IMG/VR virus record: IMGVR_UViG_3300009709_000007
Span: 1 to 46,787 of that record
DNA length: 46,787 nucleotides
Direction: 5' to 3' (one strand)
DNA from: a virus
Below the pieces are notes generated by a model, which was not told the origin of the DNA, searched no databases, and was given only the letters and a program-made list of their open reading frames with translations. Both the position numbers and the translations under genes were made by a program. Positions 9,294 through 15,636 of this stretch are shown piece after piece. Positions within the stretch are counted from its first letter, which is position 1. The number at the start of each line of letters is the position of its first letter.

Positions 9294-9325
9294 AGGCCCG
9301 GATCATTCCGGGCCTTTTTCTTTTG
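9294..9325. terminator. Rho-independent terminator after the capsid gene (bidirectional hairpin)
   Basis: Stem aggcccgga, loop tcat, stem tccgggcct, followed by tttttctttt. It overlaps the 3' end of the convergent minus ORF 9303-9524. Confidence 0.85.
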
Positions 9326-9524
9326 CGGTCTTGGCAATCTGGTGCTTCCAGAAGTCGCGCTCGCCGCGAAGCATCTGGCCGACCGGGTTGCTTGCCGGGA
9401 AGCCCTTGATCGTGCTGTTGAGGTTCCGCAACGCGTCTTGCGCGATGTCCACGCCGTACTTCTCCAGTGCCTTGCGGCCCTCGATGATGCCGTTGCAGTA
9501 GTGCTCGCTGGCAGTGCTGGGCAT
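9303..9524 (-). CDS. Hypothetical small protein (single-gene antisense accessory unit)
   Basis: 73-aa ORF with gaggaa RBS and its own promoter at 9554-9582. It ends in the terminator hairpin. Confidence 0.6.
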   Translation of the reverse strand: MPSTASEHYCNGIIEGRKALEKYGVDIAQDALRNLNSTIKGFPASNPVGQMLRGERDFWKHQIAKTAKEKGPE

Positions 9525-9553
9525 GGGCAGTTCCTCAATGGGTTAGTGGGGTC

Positions 9554-9582
9554 ATCTTATCGCTAGGTAATCGCGTTGTCAA
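9554..9582 (-). promoter_or_regulatory. Sigma70-like promoter, conserved-spacer family
   Basis: The reverse complement reads gtgTTGACAacgcGATTACCTAGCGATAAGAT (17-nt spacer). Confidence 0.75.
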
Positions 9583-9652
9583 CACTTGAGGCGCGTTGCC
9601 GTGCAGTCAGTGTGAGGCTGCTAAAACCGTGCGGTAACGAATGGAGCCACGC

Positions 9653-10117
9653 ATGACCACGAACGTTCAATACGACCTGACCGCAACCAATCTCGCACCT
9701 GGCTCCGCGCCGCAATCGGTCCTTCTGACCGCCGTGGTCAATCCGGACGGTTCGGCTATCAGTGCCGGCGCGAGCGGTGGATCGTCAGGTGCTACGTCTT
9801 TCGCCAGTGAGTTCGTGACTTCGGATACACCCGTGGACATCAAGGTGCCCGCGGGCGCCATGAGTGTCCTAAAGTCCTTGCGGGCTACCGCTTACGATCC
9901 ACAAGCCGCTCAAGCAGGGACTGGCGTACTCCACTTGATCATCGACAGCGTGGTCTATTCGTTACCTTACGCGGCGGCCAGTGCGTCCACCAACAACGTG
10001 TTCGAGCTGGCTTACCTCGAAAACCTCAACATGCCGATCACCGGGAACGCGATCCAAGCTCAGCTAGGGAGTGCGCTAACTGGCGGCGGGATCGTTGTCA
10101 CCGCGACATTTGCTTAA
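9653..10117 (+). CDS. Hypothetical protein (possible virion protein)
   Basis: ATG 9653 is preceded by ggag. The plus-strand ORF lies between the capsid gene and the minus cassette, and its composition is Ala/Ser/Gly/Thr-rich. Confidence 0.5.
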   Translation: MTTNVQYDLTATNLAPGSAPQSVLLTAVVNPDGSAISAGASGGSSGATSFASEFVTSDTPVDIKVPAGAMSVLKSLRATAYDPQAAQAGTGVLHLIIDSVVYSLPYAAASASTNNVFELAYLENLNMPITGNAIQAQLGSALTGGGIVVTATFA

Positions 10118-10476
10118 CGCGGGTGCCACCAGGTTTCCGAACCATGCTGCGCCATGCAGTTTTCAAAGGCGCCTTGGGCAATCTGATCAGGCGTGGACAT
10201 CATCCATCCACCGTAGTGGTAGACCATGGTGAGGTTCACTTCGTTGTCCGCTGCGAGACGCGGATTAGTGGTGTTGGCCGGACCCCGCCGAAGAATGGTC
10301 AGCAGCGCTTGTTCTTTGAACCCATCGTCGCGGTAACCGGCTAGCGTCCCCGCCACGCCAGCAACACCGACGCAGTATTCAAAGAGCGGGCGAGTGTACG
10401 CAGTGTTTTCGTAGCGTTCGGCCATCACGGGCGCCGCGATCAGCACGAGCAGTGCAGTAGCTAGTAATCGTTTCAT
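10114..10476 (-). CDS. Secreted/periplasmic hypothetical protein
   Basis: The start MKRLLATALLVLIAAPVMA looks like a Sec signal peptide. ggag RBS is present. I trimmed the track start 10500 to 10476. Confidence 0.6.
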   Translation of the reverse strand: MKRLLATALLVLIAAPVMAERYENTAYTRPLFEYCVGVAGVAGTLAGYRDDGFKEQALLTILRRGPANTTNPRLAADNEVNLTMVYHYGGWMMSTPDQIAQGAFENCMAQHGSETWWHPR

Positions 10477-10631
10477 ACTCCGTCCCTCGCTTTGAGCCAA
10501 CCCTTGATGAAAGCCCTACGCTCGTCCGAACCGAGCGGCCATTTCAACGCTAAGCAATCAGCTACCAGGGGGGCGTCGCCCGAGCGTAACCCACAACTCT
10601 AGGTAGCTATTGTAACCCTGTTCTTCCGGGG

Positions 10632-11462
10632 TCATGACTTACCTCCGGCGCGCTCGAGTGCGGCAAAAAGGGCATCGCGCTCGCTACACCACGCCGCCGA
10701 CCGCGCCGACTCCGCCGCCGCCGACCGCGCCGACCACGCCGACCACGCCGCCGACCGCGCCGCCGACCACGCCGACCGCGCCGCCGACCGCGCCGCCGAC
10801 CGCGCCGACGCCGCCGACGCCGCCGCCGACCACGCCGCCGCCGACTCCGCCGCCGACTCCGCCGCCGACTCCGCCGCCGCCGACCACGCCGACCGCGCCG
10901 CCGACCGCGCCGCCGACCGCGCCGCCGACCGCGCCGCCGACAATTCGCATGTGTTGCCACCGGCGGCGGCCTCGTGTGCGCGGCGACCGACACCCAGCGC
11001 GGCGATAACGCCTTCGATTGCCTCATGCACGCCGTGGTCATGCTTCTTTTTCAGGAGCTCACTCAACGTGCCGAACTGCCGGTCAATACGATCAATGGCG
11101 ATCCAGTGCTGGACAGGCTCAAGATCAGCTCCCACCGGGATCCGCTTAGCCAGGTCAACATGGAAGTTGGCCCTGAGCTCCTGCGGAAGACCTTCGAACA
11201 TCGAATCCTGAAGGCGGATCAACCAGACGGGGAGTCCACGCGCTCCTGCCACCACCTCGTGCCAGTTGGCACCCGTGGTCGGTTCGATCTCGTGAGCAAA
11301 GCAGCCAACCGAGCAGCCCCGGAACTGGCCGGCGTCTACGTCACCGAACGTGCCGGCGACCAACATGTCAGCAGCAGCGTGCCGCTCGGCCTGGGCAACG
11401 TGAGTCGCCTTCAGCGCGGCATCGCCGAAGAAAGACAAATGGGACTTATTGGTAGTGGTCAT
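10632..11462 (-). CDS. Hypothetical protein: ~170-aa N-terminal domain plus ~85 residues of SAAX tetrapeptide repeats
   Basis: This is the only frame with a coherent non-repeat N-terminus, an RBS (aggaaa) and its own promoter (11491-11519). The repeat region reads SAARSAARSAARSAARSAWSAAAESAAESAAESAAAWSAA... Confidence 0.7.
   Translation of the reverse strand: MTTTNKSHLSFFGDAALKATHVAQAERHAAADMLVAGTFGDVDAGQFRGCSVGCFAHEIEPTTGANWHEVVAGARGLPVWLIRLQDSMFEGLPQELRANFHVDLAKRIPVGADLEPVQHWIAIDRIDRQFGTLSELLKKKHDHGVHEAIEGVIAALGVGRRAHEAAAGGNTCELSAARSAARSAARSAARSAWSAAAESAAESAAESAAAWSAAASAASARSAARSAARSAWSAARSAAWSAWSARSAAAESARSAAWCSERDALFAALERAGGKS
10684..10945. repeat. Tandem 12-bp (some 9-bp) GC-rich coding repeats
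   Basis: Units such as gccgccgaccgc repeat about 22 times. On the coding strand each unit is tcggcggcgcgg, which encodes SAAR. The track shows ORFs in four frames across the region because the repeats lack stop codons. Confidence 0.9.
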
Positions 11463-11490
11463 GGGGTTTCCTGTCTGTGAGTGTGTGACT

Positions 11491-11519
11491 ACTTTATCGA
11501 AAGGTAACTGCTATGTCAA
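11491..11519 (-). promoter_or_regulatory. Sigma70-like promoter, conserved-spacer family (drives the SAAX-repeat gene)
   Basis: The reverse complement reads gtgTTGACAtagcAGTTACCTTTCGATAAAGT (17-nt spacer). Confidence 0.7.
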
Positions 11520-11522
11520 CAC

Positions 11523-11696
11523 TTATTTCGTGGTCGGGACGCAGCGCACAAATACTGGACCCTCCTGGCGCAGTTCACGTGTGCCCAACGCGGCGATCCG
11601 GCACGCAGTAGGGCTAGCGTACAGCTTGGCGACGTAGTTCACGCACTGCATCGACTGCATGCTGCACAGGGTGAAGACAAGCGCGGTCAGGTTCAT
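11523..11696 (-). CDS. Hypothetical small protein
   Basis: 57 aa. Its ATG overlaps the upstream stop as ATGA (11693-11696). Confidence 0.45.
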   Translation of the reverse strand: MNLTALVFTLCSMQSMQCVNYVAKLYASPTACRIAALGTRELRQEGPVFVRCVPTTK

Positions 11697-11917
11697 GAAC
11701 CGTCTCCAGGCAGCGCGGTCACCAACGACCGCACGTAGCAATGGGTGATGTAGCGCGAGCCGTCCGAGTGTTGCCACACGCGGCACCAGCGATTGGCGTA
11801 GTAGATCATGAAACGCGTCGGGAGCCGGATGGCGCCATGCATGGACTTGGACTGCGGAACGGGCGTCGTACGTACGCGCACGGTGCGCGTCTCGTCTTTC
11901 AGGTGCAGAAGGGCCAT
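11693..11917 (-). CDS. Hypothetical small protein
   Basis: 74 aa (MALLHLKDETRTV...). ATGA overlap with the upstream gene at 11914-11917... precisely, the ATG occupies 11915-11917 and the upstream TGA occupies 11917-11919. Confidence 0.5.
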   Translation of the reverse strand: MALLHLKDETRTVRVRTTPVPQSKSMHGAIRLPTRFMIYYANRWCRVWQHSDGSRYITHCYVRSLVTALPGDGS

Positions 11918-12177
11918 CACTCCCCCTGCCGCAGGTGCATGCGCGCCTGCTTCAGTCGGCCGGCGCGGCAATCCAGGTCCACGAGCCGCTTGACGAGATT
12001 GTCGTAGATAGCGGCTAGCTGCGTCTCGGCCGCGGTGATCGCGTCGCTAGCCTTCGCATAGACATCGGCCTTCAGGACCTTGCGCCGCCCCGTGAGCCAG
12101 TAGTCGGGCGCATCCAGAGCCGGCCGCAGGTTCACCGCTTGGACGCGTAGGGAGGGTGTCACGATGTAGCCCTTCAT
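11917..12177 (-). CDS. Hypothetical small protein
   Basis: 86 aa (MKGYIVTPSLRV...). ATGA overlap with the upstream gene at 12174-12177. Confidence 0.55.
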   Translation of the reverse strand: MKGYIVTPSLRVQAVNLRPALDAPDYWLTGRRKVLKADVYAKASDAITAAETQLAAIYDNLVKRLVDLDCRAGRLKQARMHLRQGE

Positions 12178-12353
12178 GCCCAAGTATCCAGACTAGGTGT
12201 CAGCGGTTTGACCTCAAGGATGACGACGTAGTGGCCTTCGCCGCGGTCGTGCTCGCGAGCCAGTCCCGCGATACGGTCGGACAGCAGGTCCGTCGTGAGG
12301 CAGTCATCGGTGAATTGCACGCCGTTGATGGTATAGGTGAGGTTGTAGAACAT
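12174..12353 (-). CDS. Hypothetical small protein
   Basis: Hand-translated 59-aa ORF, below the track cutoff: MFYNLTYTINGVQFTDDCLTTDLLSDRIAGLAREHDRGEGHYVVILEVKPLTPSLDTWA. It starts 2 nt after the upstream stop. Confidence 0.5.
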   Translation of the reverse strand: MFYNLTYTINGVQFTDDCLTTDLLSDRIAGLAREHDRGEGHYVVILEVKPLTPSLDTWA

Positions 12354-12355
12354 GG

Positions 12356-12550
12356 TCAGACCTCCAGTCCAGTGATCAAGCCCACTACAAACTGATCGAG
12401 TTCAAGGCGCGCCGCCATCAATTCGGCTGCAATTGCTTGAGCCTCACCGGGCGGCTGCGCGCCGCTCCATGCTTCGTCCGCGGCAGCTTCGATGAGTCGA
12501 TTTCTTAGCATGTTGTACTTCGCGGCCTTATCCTGATTCGATGTGTTCAT
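12356..12550 (-). CDS. Hypothetical small protein, first gene of accessory cassette 2
   Basis: 64-aa ORF downstream of the promoter at 12583-12611. Confidence 0.55.
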   Translation of the reverse strand: MNTSNQDKAAKYNMLRNRLIEAAADEAWSGAQPPGEAQAIAAELMAARLELDQFVVGLITGLEV

Positions 12551-12582
12551 TGTGGGGGCGTCTAGCAGGTGAGTGTGGGCGT

Positions 12583-12611
12583 AGCTTACCGCTAGGTAAT
12601 CGGCATGTCAA
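12583..12611 (-). promoter_or_regulatory. Sigma70-like promoter, conserved-spacer family (drives cassette 2)
   Basis: The reverse complement reads gtgTTGACAtgccGATTACCTAGCGGTAAGCT. It has a 17-nt spacer and a perfect TTACC-tagc-GGTAA dyad. Confidence 0.75.
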
Positions 12612-12678
12612 CACCCCTAGAGCGCGGCATCGTGATATTCTCCCACTACATCAACCTTTAGCCCTTTGGAGCACCCTC

Positions 12679-13065
12679 ATGGCAAAAAATGACACCAAGC
12701 GTTCCGCTACGACCGTTACCGTCGCCTGCAAGCTCCCGATGGGCCTCGCCGTGAAGCTTCCCGATGGTTCGCACCTGCACCTGCATGGCGCGAATTCACC
12801 GTGGGCCGTGGCCGGCTTCGGCCTGACCCAGGGCGTCAGCTCGGACACCTGGGACTTCATCAAGCAGGAACACGCTGGCGCCAAATGGCTTGTCAACGGC
12901 TTCGTCTTCGCGCAGAGCGAGCACGACTCGGCAGTGGATCAGGCGAAGGACGAAGCCGAGCGTAAAGCGGGCTTCGAGCCGATCGACCCGAACAACCTGC
13001 CCAAGGGCGTGCAGAACGGCGGGGGCAACATCGGCAAGGAAGGCCGCGACCCGTTCGCGGGCTAA
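12679..13065 (+). CDS. Hypothetical protein (head/neck module)
   Basis: ATG 12679 is preceded by ggag. 128 aa. I trimmed the track start 12541 because it lies in the divergent promoter region. Confidence 0.55.
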   Translation: MAKNDTKRSATTVTVACKLPMGLAVKLPDGSHLHLHGANSPWAVAGFGLTQGVSSDTWDFIKQEHAGAKWLVNGFVFAQSEHDSAVDQAKDEAERKAGFEPIDPNNLPKGVQNGGGNIGKEGRDPFAG

Positions 13066-13083
13066 CCGCAGGAGCCCGCAGTC

Positions 13084-13554
13084 ATGGCTATCGTCGTTTT
13101 TGACCCAACCGCCTTCAAGACGATCTACCCGGAGTTCACCACGTACCCGGATGCGCGGTGCGTGGCGATGTTTGGCCTGGCTGCGGGTGCCCTTCTGGAC
13201 AACACGGACAACTCGCCCGTGATGTCTCTGGACGTGCGCACGAACCTGTTCTATCTGCTCGTTGCGCATCTGCTGACACTGTTCGGTGCGGGCGGTATCA
13301 AGCCGGGTTCGGGCGCGCCCCCGGGACGCCTGTCCACGGCCACGCAGGGCAGCGTCACGGCGGGGTTCGAGTACCAGATTCCGCAAGGCTCCATGTTGGC
13401 GCCCTGGTTCCTCCAGACGCCCTACGGCGCCCTCTACTGGACGGCCATCGCGCCGTACCGCAGCGCGCGCTACGTCGCTAATGGCGACAGCGGCATCGGC
13501 TTCTCGCGCAACTACGATCGGCCCTACTGGCCGCGCGTCCCGGGCGGCATATGA
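13084..13554 (+). CDS. Putative head-tail connector (DUF4054-like)
   Basis: aggag RBS. The N-terminal FKTIYPEFTTY motif is typical of DUF4054 by recall. Its position before the neck, sheath and tube genes fits. Confidence 0.55.
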   Translation: MAIVVFDPTAFKTIYPEFTTYPDARCVAMFGLAAGALLDNTDNSPVMSLDVRTNLFYLLVAHLLTLFGAGGIKPGSGAPPGRLSTATQGSVTAGFEYQIPQGSMLAPWFLQTPYGALYWTAIAPYRSARYVANGDSGIGFSRNYDRPYWPRVPGGI

Positions 13555-14027
13555 GCGTCTCGCGCCGCGGTGTCCGTATGCCGGCCTTCGCCAAGCGCCT
13601 GTTCAAGACAGGTACGGTGAAGGCTGGCGTCCTGTCGGGCGCGACGTATCCGGCTGACATGCTGACCGATGCGCGCACAGGCGAACAAATGCCGGACAAG
13701 CGTGAAGGCATGCCCGTCGCTTCCATCGCCATGGCGCTGGAGTACGGCCACGGGCAGAACCATCCCCGGCCTTTCATGCAGAACTCTGTCGCCAACCACG
13801 GGCCGGAATGGGCGGAAGCCTTGCGGACACTGGTCAAGGGCGGCGATGGAGCGGACGAAGCGCTTCTAACCGTAGGCCAGGTCATGAAGGAAGACATCCA
13901 GGAAACGATTCGCTCTTGGCCGCAGGACAATGCTAAGTCGTGGGCGGACTTCAAGGGCTTTTCGCATGGCTTGATATTTACGGGGCACTTGCTAAACTCC
14001 ATCGCATCCGAAATAGAGGGCGAGTGA
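13551..14027 (+). CDS. Putative neck/head-tail joining protein
   Basis: 158 aa, ATGA-coupled to the upstream gene, and positioned in the connector block. Confidence 0.45.
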   Translation: MSVSRRGVRMPAFAKRLFKTGTVKAGVLSGATYPADMLTDARTGEQMPDKREGMPVASIAMALEYGHGQNHPRPFMQNSVANHGPEWAEALRTLVKGGDGADEALLTVGQVMKEDIQETIRSWPQDNAKSWADFKGFSHGLIFTGHLLNSIASEIEGE

Positions 14028-14028
14028 C

Positions 14029-14592
14029 GTGTCAGAATGGCGGCCTGTTGTGGGTTTTGAAGATCAGTATCTCGTCAGTGACTGCGGCCGCGTCCTGCGC
14101 CGCGAGCGCGTTATCGAGCGCAGCAATGGCCACCACTACACGGCGAAGGAAATGGAGCTGGCACAGGTTGCCTACGGTCACACCCGCGAGTACCTGGGGG
14201 TGGGTTTCAAGGTGGCCCGAAAGACCAATCGCGTGTTTCTGGTGCATCGATTGGTTGCAGCGGCTTTTTTGCCGAATCCTGACGGGCTTCCCGAGGTAAA
14301 CCACAAAGACCTAGACAAGCGCAACAATAACGTAGCGAATTTAGAGTGGTGCGGTAAGGTTGCCAATCAGGAGCATGCCGCTAAGCGTGGACGCTTTCAT
14401 GGGCGCACTAACCCGAACGCCCGCTTTAAGCTTCAACCCGAGCAGGTAGATGCCATCTTGGCGCGGCTTTCTGCGGGCGAGAAAGGTGTAGACCTAGCCG
14501 CAGAATTTAACATCTCGCCGAGCATGGTTTACATGATCCGCAAGGGGGCAACTTGGGCCGATCCCGCGAAGGTGTATGCACATGTCGCGTAG
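14029..14592 (+). CDS. HNH homing endonuclease (NUMOD4 + HNH_3 type)
   Basis: SEWRPVVGFEDQYLVSDCGRVL matches the NUMOD4 motif, and VNHKDLDKRNNNVANLEW matches an HNH core. A C-terminal HTH-like segment is present. GC content is visibly lower than in the neighbouring genes. Confidence 0.85.
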   Translation: MSEWRPVVGFEDQYLVSDCGRVLRRERVIERSNGHHYTAKEMELAQVAYGHTREYLGVGFKVARKTNRVFLVHRLVAAAFLPNPDGLPEVNHKDLDKRNNNVANLEWCGKVANQEHAAKRGRFHGRTNPNARFKLQPEQVDAILARLSAGEKGVDLAAEFNISPSMVYMIRKGATWADPAKVYAHVA

Positions 14593-14607
14593 TAAGGAAG
14601 GTGCCGA

Positions 14608-15048
14608 ATGACCCTCGATATGCACGGCATCGTCCGCGGCGCGATCCAGTCGGTGAATACCGACATCCCGGGCACGGTGTACGTCTCCACCGGCTACACC
14701 AACGTGCGTGGCATCCTGACGCCGACCTTCGCCGCGGCGAACGTGGACTTTCAGGTGCAAGCCGACACGCACGACAAGCTGTGGCATGAGCGCTCGCTGG
14801 CCTACACGGTCGGGCACACCATCGTCTACGCCTACGGCAACCTGTCGGACCTCAACCGTCCCGAGGGTAAGGGCGGCGATATCTTGTACTATAATGGTAA
14901 CTGGCAGGTAATTACACAGGTCCAGGAATGGTGGAGCACGTGGTGCTGCGTGTCCGTCTCGCAGCAGCTGGACGCCGCCACGCTCGACGCGCTGCTGGCG
15001 CTGATCAAGAATGGCGACGTCGCAACGCCACAGGGTTTCACGCCATGA
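14608..15048 (+). CDS. Hypothetical neck/tail completion protein
   Basis: 146 aa with aaggaagg RBS. It lies in the connector block. Confidence 0.45.
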   Translation: MTLDMHGIVRGAIQSVNTDIPGTVYVSTGYTNVRGILTPTFAAANVDFQVQADTHDKLWHERSLAYTVGHTIVYAYGNLSDLNRPEGKGGDILYYNGNWQVITQVQEWWSTWCCVSVSQQLDAATLDALLALIKNGDVATPQGFTP

Positions 15049-15578
15049 CCGCCGTGCTCACCCCCACCGAGGATCAGGTGTTCGGCCAGGTCTGGGACCT
15101 AATCGCCGCCTACTTCGATCCGTCGGTGCAGCAGGTCATCTTCAAGGGCTTCCAGAACCTGACCGCGACGCCTAAGGGTAGCTACATCGTCATCTCCCCG
15201 GGCGTGAACGTCCGGCAGAATCAGCTTGAGCGCGGTTACGACCCGGTAACGGGCATGCAAATCTTGACCCGCCGCACGACCTACAGCTATCAGGTGGACT
15301 GTTATGGGCCGATGGGTCCGGATTGGGCCAACACGATCGCTATCGCCTGGCCTTCCCTGTGGTCGATCGACAATAGCGACCAGCCGCCCATGATCACCCC
15401 CCTGTACGCTGACGAGCCTCAGCAGCTGAACATCGTCAACGGCGAGTTGCAGTGGGAGCAGCGCTTCATGTGCAAGCTCTACGGACAAGTCAACCACCGG
15501 GTGGCGTTGCCGCAGACGTTCTTCACCGATCCGCCCGCTATCGGGCTCGTTGTCGCTGACGACCTGCCCGTGGTGTAA
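15045..15578 (+). CDS. Putative tail terminator/neck protein
   Basis: ATG 15045 overlaps the upstream stop as ATGA. 177 aa, immediately upstream of the sheath-like gene. Confidence 0.45.
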   Translation: MTAVLTPTEDQVFGQVWDLIAAYFDPSVQQVIFKGFQNLTATPKGSYIVISPGVNVRQNQLERGYDPVTGMQILTRRTTYSYQVDCYGPMGPDWANTIAIAWPSLWSIDNSDQPPMITPLYADEPQQLNIVNGELQWEQRFMCKLYGQVNHRVALPQTFFTDPPAIGLVVADDLPVV

Positions 15579-15636
15579 TGCGCCAGCAAGACCCTGAAAC
15601 TGTTAGAATCCCAGCACGTCAACCCGGAGTCGCGGC

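Noticed and set aside
7579-9306. 575-aa minus-strand ORF spanning the decoration and capsid genes
   Set aside because: It is antisense to well-supported plus-strand genes that have good RBSs. Its translation is Arg/Gly/His-rich low-complexity sequence of the kind high-GC antisense frames produce. It has no promoter or RBS.
10501-10631. Possible family promoter upstream of the secreted-protein gene (tagctacctagag resembles the TTACCTAG spacer core)
   Set aside because: No acceptable -35/-10 pair lies at the right spacing around the motif. The gene is more simply co-transcribed from the promoter at 11491-11519.
10607-11041. Alternative-frame ORFs across the 12-bp repeat (Arg-rich RRGRRR, Pro/Thr-rich PPTAPPT and Gly/Val-rich frames)
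   Set aside because: The ORF track shows four overlapping ORFs across the repeat because the repeat lacks stop codons. Only the 10632-11462 frame continues into a non-repetitive domain with a promoter, RBS and ATG. The others start and end within or just outside the repeat.
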